From Octopus vulgaris (lineage: Eukaryota), in NCBI GenBank assembly GCA_951406725.2, contig OX597830.1:76012001-76076000 (forward strand): a DNA stretch of 64,000 bases, read 5' to 3'. The translations under genes and the position numbers were made by a program. Numbering within the stretch: the first letter of the stretch is position 1; every line of letters starts with the position of its first letter. The notes beneath the pieces are model-generated. The model saw only the letters and a program-made list of their open reading frames with translations. It was not told where the DNA came from and searched no databases. Shown here piece by piece: positions 1-13,744 of this stretch.

Positions 1-125
1 TCACGTAGTTATTGGGATGAGATTTGTTTCTTTCAGTGATAAATATGGTACGCATGATACATCCCTACATTCATCACTTCAACACTATATATCCAACCAT
101 GTATATATAATACATATATATATAC

Positions 126-158
<33 letters not shown>

Positions 159-579
159 CGTATGTATAAATGTATATATGTGTGTGTGTGTATGTATACT
201 GTTACTCAGAGTTTCATGTTCCCGTCCGTCAGATAGTTGTGATCGATACTGAATTTAATTGCGATGGTACATATACTATATGTTATGACATGATATGATA
301 TGATACGATATGGTATAATCCAGTTCAAAGAATAAGCATTTAAATTTGATTGGATTTTCATAACATAACGGTGTGCTTTTCGTTACCAGTTGGTTGGACG
401 ATTTTAACACTTACCTCACCCACCCAACTAGTAACAAAAACCACACCGTTATGTTTTGAAAATCATGCACCCAATCAAATGTATTCGTGGTTAGATCGTA
501 GGTGATCTACTTCTAGCATATTGGATGTCCACTTAGTGGGAATCCTTTCTTATATGCATGTAATACAATTTTTCTGAAC

Positions 580-2334
580 TATCTCAACTAGCAGGACTTG
601 CTACCCTGGTCTCATTAGCTACGGCACTCCCAGTCCGCCACTCAGCGGTTGTTGACAGCAGATCTGACGAGTGGAGCACATCCCTTCCGCAGAAAGCTGA
701 AGAGCAAGCGCTCCATCTTGGGTCAGCCATGTAGCAGGGCAAGAGATGACGGTCAGATGGTAGTATATGACTGAGGCGATGCATGCATTCGCCATCTTTT
801 CCCGACCTTTCAGGGACAGCTTCCTCTCAAGCCATTTCTAGGTGAGATTGGCTACCCTGCTCGTCACATCTCCCAGTTCTTGTTCACCTGGAGGTCCGGA
901 CCAAACCAGACACCAAGTAATTTAACCGGTCCTTCCGTCTAGCGCCCTAGCACGCTGTTGCTTAGCATGGCCCTGCTTCTCCAGGTACCGAACTGCAGGC
1001 CCTCCGACTTGTCCTGATTAATTACCACTTCGTACTCTCTTAAGGTAGAGCCAATCACCAAGATTTCCGAGCTATCCGACGCTATTACGGTGACGTCATC
1101 TGCATAAGCTGACACGAGCCTTCCACATCCTAGATAACGCGGGATACCCTTCGAAACATCCATCTTCTTCAGTAATGGCTCGATAGCAAGCACGTACAGA
1201 AGCGAAGAGAGTGGGTATCTTTGACGGACCGATTGAGCGGTGCTAAACGATTCCGATAGATGGCCGTTTTTATTTTGACCACCGAACAGATGTCGCTATA
1301 CATTGCAGCGATCCAGCCTCCAAGTATTGATAGTCGACCTCGTCGAAAACTTTTGACTAATCCTAATTAATCAGAGTCCCACCCATACCAGGTTCCTTCC
1401 CTTCCCTCTCTATGATGTAGCGCGTGAGGTGGAGGTTATCGTGGATAGATGTGTTCGGAATAGTGCGTGTCTGCGCGTCACCGACAGCTTACCGACGAGA
1501 AGCGCCAATCCCTTGGCTCACACCGTGGCCAAAATCTTATAATCTACATTTAAGAGAGTTATGGGCCTAAAATTATCTATTTGGTCCTCCTTGCTCAGGT
1601 CCTTTCTCGGCAGCACCATTGCAACACGGTTCACAGTATCGGGTATTCTCCCCTTCTGCTGCCAATTGTAGTAGACATTAAGACGGAGAACTGGTAGAAT
1701 TGTTTGCACGCCGGGCGAAATGCTTATCGGTATTTCGTCTGTCTTTACGTTCTGAGTTCAAATTCCGTCGAGGTCGATTTTGCCTTTCATCCTTTCGGGG
1801 TCGATAAATTAAATAGCAGTTGCGTACTGGGATCGATCTAATCTACTGGCCACCTCCCCCAAAATTTCGGGCCTTGTGCCTAGACTAGAAAAGAATTGTA
1901 GTAGACATTCGCCAAGTGATTGATCACCGAACAAGTTTGGCACATGAAGACAAGGCTCGAAGGGTAGACCATCAAGGACCAGAGACCTCTTTTGTGCAGC
2001 TCGTCATCGCGTCATGTATGTCTTTGGCTGTTATCGGCATTTCGCAGAACTCCGCGTCCCTGGCCGAAAGGCGAGGCATACCGCCGAGGTAGGAGGTGAA
2101 ATTCATCTCCGTCCCCGACACATCGCGCACCCCAAACAGTTCGGCGAAGTGCTACTGAAATTCCGTACACATTTGCTTGGACTCGTATAGCATACGGCCG
2201 TCCCGACCCGTCAAAGACCGAATTGTAGCTTTGTTGCTACGTTGTACCTCTACCACTCGGGCCCATCCAACGGCTTTCGTCCCCTCGTGTTTTAGAACAC
2301 GCGCCCTGGCTCTGACAGCACAACCTTGATGCTT
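580..2334 (-). mobile_element. Decayed L1/Tx1-clade non-LTR retrotransposon ORF2 (reverse transcriptase) fragment
   Basis: Minus-strand pieces translate to RT motifs NFRPITLLNVDYKILA, RQRYPLSSLLYVLAIEPLL (QGCPLSP-like) and AYADDVTV; frameshifts and stops; interrupted by a SINE. Confidence 0.9.
1680..1893 (+). mobile_element. tRNA-derived SINE family A inserted into the LINE
   Basis: A/B-box head (gagttcaaattcc) and conserved gcctttcatcctttcggggtcgataa core; 16-bp TSD aattgtagtagacatt at 1664-1679 and 1894-1909. Confidence 0.92.
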
Positions 2335-2506
2335 AATTATTGACATTGTTTACACTCGTTTACATTTGACGGATATTTGTCCTCGTCTTCCTTGTTGTTA
2401 ACACAACGTTTCGGCTGACATAACCTCCAGCCTTCTTCAGGTGTCTTGGGGAAATTTCGAACCTGGTTTCTCATTCCTAAGGTATTTTTCGATGTTATTA
2501 TTATTA

Positions 2507-2591
<85 letters not shown>

Positions 2592-2733
2592 GGTCGCTGC
2601 CTGGAATCGAACTCGGAATCTTGGGGTTAGTAGCCTGCTCTTTTAATCACTACCCGTGAGCGTAGTGGTTAAGAGCGCGGGCTACTAACCGCCAGATTCC
2701 GAGTTCGATTCCAGGCAGTGACCTGAATAATAT
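2335..2733 (-). mobile_element. tRNA-headed, hammerhead-carrying short retroelement (family H1) with inverted duplicated head
   Basis: Homologous to 4262-4570; tRNA-like head, (AAT)n and hammerhead; 2592-2653 is the reverse complement of 2662-2723. Confidence 0.8.
2400..2445 (-). ncRNA. Minimal type I hammerhead ribozyme motif (H1)
   Basis: Minus strand reads GACAC CUGAAGA A GGCUG gaggttatgt CAGCC GAAA CG UU GUGUU: stem I, canonical core, stem II, palindromic ACGU stem III. Confidence 0.8.
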
Positions 2734-2817
2734 TGAGCAAATGTCTTCTACTACAGCTTCGAGCCGACCAAAGCTTTTTGATTGGATTTGGTAGACGGAA
2801 ACTGAAAGTAGCCTGTC

Positions 2818-3105
<288 letters not shown>

Positions 3106-3381
3106 AATTTTGAATATAGTTTACGGACCCCCAGTACTTCCTTTTCGGACCACCAGGGGTTCGCAGACCCCCAATTTGGGAAGCATTAATATAGAACATG
3201 AAGTGTTTTTACTTATCTGTGATACAGTCTTTTTTAAGAAAGTTACACCAACTCTACATATGGAAAAATGGCATAATATGAAATTTACGAAACTCGACTA
3301 AATCAAAAACCTTAACATAAAATGTTCCCTATAGAGTCTTTATACTCTGCGGAAGTGGCTCCCGGCACGATTCTGACTTAA

Positions 3382-4050
3382 GCAGGCGTGGCTGTGTGGT
3401 AAGGGGTTTGCTCCCCAACCATATGATACAAGGCCGCGAGCTGGTAGAAACGTTAGCACGCCGGGCGAAATGCGTAGCCATATTTCGTCTGCCGTTACGT
3501 TCTGAGTTCAAATTCCGCCGAGGTCGACTTTGCCTTTCGTCCTTTCAGGGTCGATAAATTAGGTACAAATTACGCACTGGGTTCGATATAATCGACTTAA
3601 TCCGTGTGTCTGTTCTTGTTTGTCCTCTCTGTGTTTAGCCCCTTGTGGGTAGTAAAGAAATACATATGATACCTGGTTCATTCCCACTGCGTGGCACCTT
3701 GGGCAAGTGTCTTCTGCTATAGCCTCGGGCCGACAAAATCCTCGTGAGTGGATTTGGTAGACGGAAACTGAAAGAAACCCATCGTATATATGTGTATGTG
3801 TGTGTGTGTGTGTGTGTGTATGTCTGTGTGTGTGGCTGTGTATTTTTCCCCGCAAACGCTTTACAGCCGGTGTTGGTGTGTTTATGTCCCCGTAACTTAG
3901 CGGTTCGGCAAAAAAAAGTCCGATAGAATAAGTTCTAGGTTTTGAAAAAAATAAACCTTTGAATTGATGAGTTCCACTAAAAACCCTTCAAAGTAGTGCT
4001 GCAGCATGGCCGCAGTCAAAATGACTGAAACGAGTAGAAGAATAAAAGAA
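3382..4050 (+). mobile_element. tRNA-derived SINE family B (central microsatellite, CR1-like tail) interrupted by SINE A (3430-3662)
   Basis: gcgtggctgtgtggtaag head, gtgagtggatttggtagacggaaactgaaagaa core (resembles the Deu/Nin domain), cagcatggccgcagtc tail; nested SINE A has 10-bp TSD catatgatac (3420-3429, 3663-3672). Confidence 0.9.
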
Positions 4051-4261
4051 CAAAAGAATATCTTTCCTGGGCCTGGTCGAATAAACTTGCTAAAAATAGC
4101 AGCCAGCTCTGTTTCCACTAACAATTCTTTATTCTTAATCTTTAATCCTTTATGTGCTTCAGTCATTGGATTGCGGTCATGCTGCAGCACCACCTTGAGG
4201 GGTTATAGTCAACCGAATCGATGACAATTGTAAATTTTTAAGATTGAAACTTATTCTATTA

Positions 4262-4570
4262 GGTGAGGAATTATATACATTATTTACATTATTTACATTT
4301 GACGGGTATATGGCGTAGTGGTTAAGAGTGAGGGCTACTAATCCAAAGATTCCGAGTTCAATTCCAGGCAGTGACATGAATAATAATAATAATGATAATA
4401 ATGATATTAATAATAATAATAACATCGAAAAATACCTTAGGAATGAGAACCCAGGTTCGAAATTTCCCCCAAGACACCTAATGAAGGCTGGAGGGTATTA
4501 CCAGCCGAAACGTTGTGATAACAACAAACAAGAGGAGGACAAATATCCATCAAATGTAAATAATGTTATT
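4262..4570 (+). mobile_element. H1 element, second copy, with 5' inverted terminal segment; hammerhead at 4473-4519 (core mutated to CUAAUGA)
   Basis: ggcgtagtggttaag...gagttcaattcc head, (AAT)n, GACAC CUAAUGA A GGCUGG..CCAGCC GAAA CG UU GUG; ~4287-4308 is the reverse complement of ~4543-4566. Confidence 0.8.
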
Positions 4571-4803
4571 CCATCGATATTTATTTACCGAACTACTAAG
4601 TTAGAGACAATTTAATGCAACACCGGTTGAGAAGCTGTAGTACAAAGACACAGGCACACACACACGCACACACTCACACACACACACAAGCACACGCACT
4701 CATGCATACATATATTTATATAGTATCTGATAGCCGGTACCTGTGGACGGGCTTAATAAAACAAACTCTAGGTTTAAAACCCAAACGACGTTGATATTAC
4801 ACA

Positions 4804-4835
<32 letters not shown>

Positions 4836-5120
4836 AACACACACGACGGACTGACACACTCAGTTTCCATCCACCGAATCCGCTTGACCTGGCGCTATGT
4901 AGTATGAAGACACTTGACCAACGTGCCGCACAGCAGGTTCGAACTCGATACCATCTCGCTGGAGAGCGAACTTTTAAAAAAACAAAATAAAACAAGAGAG
5001 AGGCTGCAACTTCTAATAAAAAAAAATTCTGGATGGTTACGACTTGACCGCCTCCAGCCATAATAATAATTTGTTCCATCTGGAATGACTTATGGCTAAA
5101 ACAACAACAGCTGCTCTTAC

Positions 5121-5340
5121 TGTCGGGCATTTTCGATGACATTAAATCATATATAATGTATAGATAATGATTTTTTAAATTTCCAACGGGAATCGAAACC
5201 GTATCACAATCTTCGTTTTACCGACATTTTCGTCTTCCTCCCTCTCTTTTACGCCTCTCGGTTACTGTGATTTGTAATATATTATTAAACGTGGAAAAAC
5301 TGAAGGGGCGGAGTCTAAATTGGGCGGCGACGTGAGTCAA
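5121..5340 (-). promoter_or_regulatory. Candidate promoter and first exon of a minus-strand gene (ATG 5142, MSSKMPD, donor GTAAGA)
   Basis: Non-repetitive island with GC boxes (5305-5313, 5322-5327), AP-1 site TGAGTCA (5333-5339) and a consensus donor at 5120-5115; no downstream exon identified. Confidence 0.3.
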
Positions 5341-5815
5341 TTTGTAATTTATCATTTGCTACTGCTGGGTGGAGATGAAACATGACGTTTGGAAGTAGGC
5401 GGTGCTTATAATAAAATAAATGTCATGTGTAGTGACATGTAGGCGTGCTGGAATATGAAAGGTGTGGTTTATGCTAAGTTTTTTGTTTTCTTTCATTTTT
5501 CTTTTAAGGAATATATTGCATGTCTTTGCTTGAATTTGTATGTATGTTTGCGTGTATGTATATGTGTGTGTATATGTGGGTCTGTGTGCATGTGTGCGTG
5601 TGCTTGCGCGCGCGTGTGTGCGTGTGCGCGTATAGTACTGTTTCTTTGTATGTAATAAATAGTGTGTCTACGGGCGTCGTGTGTGTATAATGTATCTGTG
5701 TGTGTGTGTGTGTCCAATGTGTGTAACGTGCTTCTGTGTGTGTGTCGTATGTGTATCAAGCATATGTGTGTATGCTATATATGTGTACGAATTGTGTGTG
5801 TATGTTTGTTCGTGC

Positions 5816-5869
<54 letters not shown>

Positions 5870-5870
<1 letters not shown>

Positions 5871-6337
5871 ATCTTTTACTTGTTTCAGTCATTTTACTGC
5901 GGCCATGCTGGTGCACCGCCTTTAATCGAACAAATCGACCCGAAAACTTATTTTTTGCAAGCCTACCACCTATCCTATCGGTCTCCTTTACCGACCGCTA
6001 AGTTACGGGAACATAAACAAACCAACATCGGTTGTCAAGGGACGGTGGGGGGACAAACACAGATACACAAACATATGCACACACACATACACACACATAC
6101 AGACACACACACACACAAACACACACACACAAACACACACACACACAACACACACACACACACACATATATATATGCGACGGGCTTCTTTCGATTTCCGT
6201 CTATCAAATCCACTCAGAAGGCTTTGGTCGGCCCGTGGCTATTGTAGAAGACACTTGCCCAATGTGCCAGACAGTGGGACTGAACCCAGAACCATGTGGT
6301 TGGGAAGCCAGCTTCTTACCACACAGCCACGCCTGCG
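5870..6337 (-). mobile_element. SINE family B, full length
   Basis: Head, core, (CA)n and tail all match the other B copies. Confidence 0.9.
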
Positions 6338-6760
6338 TATACATGTATGCGTGTTTGTACATACGCATGTGTGTGTAGACGTGAATATGTGTATACATGT
6401 ATGCGTGTGTGTGTGAATGTTTAATGCATATAGAATTAAGTGTACGTATGTATTAGTATTTCTAGATTACATGTTTAAAATGCGTGTGTATAAATGTGCG
6501 CGATTATAGGTGTATACTTACGAAGTATTACGATGCGTTTTGTTTGCATGTGTGAGTGAGTAATGGATCGTACATAAATATATAATTTCTCCCTATATAT
6601 GTATGTATGTATCCCTGTATGCATGTAAGCATGTGTGTATGGATGTACGCATTTGAAGCTATGTATGTCCAGGGTGCGCGCATTGATATGCGCGAATGTG
6701 CTCATTGATATGCGCGAATGTGCGCATTGATATGCGTGTATGCAGATGTATGCTGTACAG

Positions 6761-6870
6761 CAGTGGTTTCCAAATTGTGGTCCGCAGACTCCAGGTGGTC
6801 CGCAGACTCCAGGTGGTGTGCAGACTCCAAGTGGTCCGCAAACGTAGTACTTGGGGTTCCGTGAACATGT
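6761..6870 (+). mobile_element. hAT-type MITE end with an 18-bp subterminal tandem repeat
   Basis: Starts cagtggtttccaa; gtggtccgcagactccag repeated about 3.5 times; similar to 3120-3185. Confidence 0.55.
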
Positions 6871-6914
6871 TTAGCTGACAGATTTCTCAGTGTCCTAGGA
6901 ACCATAAGGCGGCG

Positions 6915-7238
6915 TGTTGAAAGTACCAATTGCGTACTGGGGTCGATCTAATCGACTAGCCCCCTCCACAGAAATTTCGGACCTTCTGCCTAGAGTAGAA
7001 AAGAATATTATAACTTATAAAAGGCGGCGAGCTGGCAGAAACGTTAGCACGCCGGTCGAGATGGTATTTCGTCTGTCTTTACGTTCTGAGTTCAAATTCC
7101 GTCGACGTCGAGGTCGACTTCGCCTTTCATCCTTTCAGTATTGATAAATTAAGTACCAGATGCGTACTGGGGTCGATCTAATCGACAGGCCCCCCCTCCC
7201 CAAAAATTGCGGGCCTTGCGCCTAGAGTAGAAACAGAA
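6915..7238 (+). mobile_element. SINE A, 3' fragment followed by a full copy
   Basis: ggcggcgagctggcagaaacgttagcacgccgg head; cctagagtagaaa tail occurs twice. Confidence 0.85.
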
Positions 7239-7484
7239 TATCCTGAGATCCATGTGAAAATTTATTAAAATAAAAGGGTCCTTGGTAGAGAAAATGCAGG
7301 GGAGCACTGCTAGAGGGTATATTTTTTTTCGGTATGACCGAAGAAACGTGTGTGCGCGCGCGTAATTGTTTGTGCGTGTGTGCGTGTATACACACGTCTG
7401 TTCTCCGTATATGGGATATGTTATGTACGGTTTTAGACATGTGCATGTGGCCACGTGTATGAGTATGCTACACACATGTACAGG

Positions 7485-7519
<35 letters not shown>

Positions 7520-7707
7520 GCATTTACTTGCACACACAAATAATTTATCTCCGTAGGTGAGAAAACATTTATTAAAGTATAGCTGCATTTATTATTCATT
7601 GTGCATGTGTTCATAATGTGTGCAAAAGGTGTATATATATATGTGTGTGTATACATACATGACGTAGAAACATACAAGCAATTATTAGGTATGTAACAGA
7701 AACAAGC

Positions 7708-7741
<34 letters not shown>

Positions 7742-7852
7742 TCATAATACGTGTGAACGTGTTTGTGTATGTGTTTTCTTTGTGTATGTATGTGCGCACG
7801 TGTGTGTGTGTGTGTGTGCGTGTGTGTGTTTGCATGTGCATTTGTGAGTGTT

Positions 7853-8110
7853 TGCATGTGCGTGTGTTTGTGTGTGTATATGTGCGTGTGTTTGTGTGTG
7901 TATATGTGCGTGTGTTTGTGTGTGTATATGTGCGTGTGTTTGTGTGTGTATATGTGCGTGTGTTTGTGTGTGTGTGTTTGTGTGTGTTTGTGTGTGTATA
8001 TGTGCGTGTGTTTGTGTGTGTATATGTGCGTGTGTTTGTGTGTGTATATGTGCGTGTGTTTGTGTGTGTATATGTGCGTGTGTTTGTGTGTGTATATGTG
8101 TGTGTGTTTG
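7853..8110. repeat. 24-bp minisatellite derived from (TG)n
   Basis: gtgcgtgtgtttgtgtgtgtatat repeated about 10 times. Confidence 0.9.
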
Positions 8111-9202
8111 AGTGTGTGTGTGTGTGTGTTTGGTGATGCAACACACAGTCAAATCATGAGCATGATTTGAATACACACACACACACGCACACATATATAT
8201 ATACATACACCCACACACATATATATACATACACACACACACATACTTATAGATATTATTATTATCATTATTATTAAAAATCGACGGAAGTTACTGAGTG
8301 ACTCAAGGGCCAAGAGTTTCGTGCACTGGCACTTATCAAACCGTGCATGTGTGTGTGTTGTGTGTGTGTGTGCGTTTGTGTGTGTGAGTGTGTGTTGTCC
8401 ATGCGTTTGTGTGTGTATGTTAATGTGTGCGTGTGTTAAGTACGTAACGTTTATAAAGCCGTCTATATCAAACGTAGGAGGGACTATAAAGAAAGGGAGG
8501 AGAAGGGAGAAACGCAAGAGTAATAGTGTGAGTGAATTTTGTAATAAGACAATGAGAGGGAGAATTCAAACACAGAGAGAGGGGGGAGTATATTGGTAAT
8601 TAGCTGAAGGCGTAGTTATATGGAAAGATAATTGGGGGCTGGACATCGGGATGTATGTTGTGGGTGGAGTCTGAGTGATGTGTGAAGGAAGGTGGTTTTG
8701 AAAGGCGGAATAAATGACATTAGTAATGTCGGATAAGGAGGTGATACTGGTGTTGGTGATGAGGGGGTGGTGCTTGTAGTGGTAGTGATGGTGGTGTTGG
8801 CGTTGGTGATGAGATGGTGGTGGTGGTTGTGGCGGTGATGGTGTTGGTGTAGGTGGCGGCTTTTGGTGACAAGGGTATTATTAAGCGGGGCGGGTTAGGG
8901 TTTCGACGTTGAGGTGTGTTGTACGTTGGCGTTTAGGATAGGGAGGGGGTGTATCTGAGCTTGCTGGGGGTGAGGGTTGGATGGTTGATGGTGTGGTGGA
9001 GCAGGAAGGGGATGGGGCTGGGGTGTGGGAGGTAGATGTTTTTCGCCTCTGTTAATGGGATTGTAATGATGTTTGGGGAAGCAAATGAGATAGATGATTA
9101 GATAGATAGATGGGATAAATAGATAGGGAGACAGATAAATAAGGAGAGAGAGAGAGAGAGAGAGGAGGACAGAAGGAGAGAGAAAGATGTATAACATAGC
9201 TG

Positions 9203-9469
<267 letters not shown>

Positions 9470-9735
9470 CCCTTGCACAGGTTTACATGCATACGTTTCC
9501 ACTCATACACGAAATATTGAACACGCACTCACACACATGCATACACACACCCACACACGCGCACGCGCAACACATGCACTTACACAGAACGTGAGAGGCT
9601 TTGGAGTAACATTAGAGAAAGAGGTGAAGAATCGAAGAATTGGGTAAAATAAAGAGAAAAAGGAGAGAAATCACAGGAAATATCTGGAAGTAATAGATGG
9701 AGTGCCTGTGTGTGTGTACGTGTGTATCGACATGT

Positions 9736-9802
<67 letters not shown>

Positions 9803-9946
9803 TACATACATAAATACATATATATATATCTATATATTTGTATATATATATATATATATACATATTTATATACATGCATATATATGTTCGTACAAATACA
9901 AATCACGTCCATATATATATATATATATATATATGTTTGTGTATAT

Positions 9947-9977
<31 letters not shown>

Positions 9978-10187
9978 CACATGCATACATATACATACAT
10001 ATGCATGTGTGTGTATATATATATATATATGTATGTATGTATGTATATACACATACATACATATATATATATATGTGTCTATATGTATTAATATGTGTGT
10101 TTGTGTGTGAATGTATGTATGTATATATGTGTATCTGTATATATCTATGCGTATGTGTGTGTTTGTGTGTGTGTGTGTGTGTGTGGT

Positions 10188-10236
<49 letters not shown>

Positions 10237-10465
10237 GGAGAAAATTGACAGGCGGGATGTATGATAATGGGATGAGGTGGGAGTTGGAGTAGTGGGGTGG
10301 TTAGAAAATGTCAGGGTAGAATTGTAGTAGGGTGTGTTGTATTTTGGTGGGGGGTGTGGATTCAACTTCCGACGTAAAGCAGAGGTGGTAGTCTATTTCT
10401 GTAGCAGCAGCAGTAGCAGCCGCGCCACCACCACCACCACCACCACCACCAACCGAAGTAGCCAC

Positions 10466-10513
<48 letters not shown>

Positions 10514-10593
10514 CATTGGGCAGTTTTTCGTGGTGGTAGTGATGGCGGCGGTGGTATTGGTGGTGGTGGTGGCGGCAGCGGTGGCGGTGATGG

Positions 10594-10624
<31 letters not shown>

Positions 10625-10894
10625 GGTGGTGTCGGAAGTGGCGGCGGCGGCGGCGGTGGTGGTTGCTGAGGGGGTAGTCAGTGGTGGAGATGCTGATGGT
10701 AGAGATGTTTTGTTGTTGTCACAAGCAGTTAATGACAATGGTTGTTGTACTTTTTGTTGTTTTTGTTGTTGTTTAGGTGCTGGTGTTAGTAGTAATGGTG
10801 GTGGTGGTGGTGGTGGTGATGGTGGTGGTGGTTAAAGTAATGATGGAGGTGAAGTTGTTGTCGAAGGTTCTGCTTCTGCTCATGATGTTAATAT

Positions 10895-12460
10895 CCAAGA
10901 CTCGGGCAAGTGTTCGCTACTATAACAGAAGGCCGAACAAAGCCATGTGAGTGAATTTTGTAGAGGGAAACTGTGTGGAAGCCCATCGTATACATATCTG
11001 TGTGTGTCTGTGTGTGTGTGTATGTGTGTGATTGTTCTCTTCCACCGCTTAACAACTGACGTTCGTTTGTTTACATCCTCTTAGCGGTTCGGCAAAAATA
11101 AACCAATAGAGGAAGTAGCAGACTTTAAAACAAAAAAAAAATCAGTTCTTTGGTCGATTTATTCGATTTAACCCCGCCAAGGCGGGTACTGCGGCATGGC
11201 CACGATCCAATGATTGAAGCAAGTAAAAGAAAAACAGGAAAAAAAAAAAGAAAAAAGGAAGGAAAGATATATAACGAAGCCTAAATCTCATTATCTAATG
11301 TTGCCGTCGACCTCGGCGGAATTTGAACTCAGAACGTAAAGACGGACGAAATACTGCTTTGACCGGAGTGCTAACGAGTCTGCCAGCTCGAAACCGCAGG
11401 CCGACTACGTCACATTTTGTACTGGAAGTCAAGGTTATTGAGAATGTATTAAAAGGCGGCGAGCTGGCAGAATCGTTAGCACGTCGGGCGAAATGCTTAG
11501 CGGTATTTCGTCTGTCGTTACGTTGTGAGTTCAAATTCTGCCGAGGTTGACTTTGCCTTTCATCCTTTCGGGGTCGATAAATTAAATACCAGTTCCGCAC
11601 TGGGGTCGATGCATTCGACTTAATACCTATGTCTGTCCTTGTTTGTCCCCTCTATGTTTAGCCCCTTGTGGGTAATAAAGAAATAGGTATTGAGAATGTA
11701 TTGCTGCAGTATATTTTACCTGATAAATTTTAAAAACTCAGAATGCGTGGTTGTGTGGTAAGTAGTTTGCTTACCAACCACATGGTTCCGGGTTCAGTCC
11801 CACTGAATGGCACCTTGGCCAAGTGTCTTCTACTATAGCCTCGGGCCGACCAAAGCCTTGTGAGTGGATTTGGTAGACGGAAACTGAAAGAAGCCAGTCG
11901 CATATATGTATATGTATGTGAATGTATATGTTTGTTCCATGCCTACCATCGCTTGACAACCGATGTTGGTATGTTTACGTCCCCGTAACTTAGCGGTTCG
12001 GCGAAAAGAGAACGATAGAATAAGTACTAGGCTGACAAGTAATAAGTCCTGGGGTCGATTTGCTCGACTAAAGGCGGTGCTCCATCATGGCCGCAGTCAA
12101 TTGACTGAAACAATTAAAAGAGTATGTTGCAGAAATGGCTGTGTGGTAAGTAGCTTGCTTACCAGCCACATAGATCGGGGTTCGGTCCCACTGCATGGCA
12201 CCTTGGGCAAGTGTCTTCTACTATAGCCTCGGGCCGAAGAAAGACTTGTAAGTGGATTTGGTAGACGGATATATGTATATATGTATATGTGTGTGTCTGT
12301 GTTTGCACCCGCTAACATTGCTTGACAACCGATGTTTGTGTGTTTATGTCCCCTTAACTTACCGGCTTGGCAAAAGAGACCGATAGAATAAGTATTAGGC
12401 TTACAAAGAACAGGGACTAAAGGCGGTGCTCCAGCATGGCTGCAGTCAAATAAAAGAATA
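10895..12460. mobile_element. SINE cluster: B copies (10895-11240, 11744-12122, 12130-12460) and A copies (11305-11390 minus, 11451-11687 plus)
   Basis: Family motifs; the A copy has a 15-bp TSD tattgagaatgtatt at 11436-11450 and 11688-11702. Confidence 0.88.
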
Positions 12461-12799
12461 TTTATATCTTTAAAACTGAGTACCCTTATGAGTACATACA
12501 AAATAAAAGGGAATTCGATTACTCAGTTTTTTGGTTTTCTTGGTTTTGAAGTTAGTCAGAACCTAAAGGAACGGAACTCTATATTACAAACCAGCCCCGC
12601 CATCTGTACAATATTTGGAAACATACTGTATCTAAAATTGGTTTTTGGAAACGGATATTGCGTTTTGTTATTTTTGTAGTATTTTTTTTTTTTTGTCTTG
12701 ATTCACTGGTTTTCTTCATTTGCCAAGTTTCCAATTTGGCGGGATTTTCAAGATTCACAATTTGTGATTGTTATTCTTCTTCTTCTTCTTCTTCTTCTT

Positions 12800-12830
<31 letters not shown>

Positions 12831-12865
12831 TTATTATTATTATTATTATTATCATTATTATTATT

Positions 12866-13315
12866 ACTTTTTTTTTCTTCTTTCAAATTTTCTTCCATTT
12901 CTTGCCGAGTGTCTTCCCGACTCCTAGGGCAAAGAAACTCATAGTGTATATTGGTAGGCCATTAAACCAAACTCAGTAGTTCGTTCATTTTTTTTTTTTT
13001 TTTTTTTAAGTTAAATTAAAATACATGAGCAGCAACAGTTCTCACATCGACAATGCTCTTCTCAATACGTGTGATGTACCAGTTAAGACAATCTTTTGCA
13101 CTTCTTGCAGGGATGGTAAGCCAGGGATCATTCTCATATAATTTTCGGTTCCCTTCTTGATCATTCCTAGTGCTCCTACGATCACTGGTATTGTAACCGC
13201 CTTGAGATGCCACATTTTCTCAATTTCAAACTCTTGTCAAACTCTTTCGCTGAGATATTATGATCACAGGGGATGCTCATGTCGATCAATAAGCAAACTT
13301 TATTGTTTTTTTGTT
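12866..13315 (-). mobile_element. R4/Dong-clade LINE 3' fragment (restriction-like endonuclease C-terminus plus 3'UTR)
   Basis: Reads IDMSIPCDHNISAKEFDK..IEKMWHLKAVTIPVIVGALGMIKK..GTSHVLRRALSM; bounded by (TAA)n on both sides. Confidence 0.8.
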
Positions 13316-13317
13316 TA

Positions 13318-13376
<59 letters not shown>

Positions 13377-13385
13377 ATTATTATT

Positions 13386-13507
<122 letters not shown>

Positions 13508-13528
13508 CATTATTACTATTATTATTAA

Positions 13529-13561
<33 letters not shown>

Positions 13562-13588
13562 CATCAGCATCATCATCAGCATCATCAG

Positions 13589-13647
<59 letters not shown>

Positions 13648-13744
13648 GTTTGACTTTTACTTTGTATTTGTACAAGTTGACTCCAAGTCTCATCCAGAGA
13701 CTTTCAAGAGACAAGTCAAACGTTTGCAGAGTTAGAGTTTCGCA

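Noticed and set aside
2656-2727. tRNA-like sequences at SINE heads (also 4315, 23878, 62100)
   Set aside because: No proper acceptor stem and continuous with repeat bodies; SINE promoters rather than tRNA genes.
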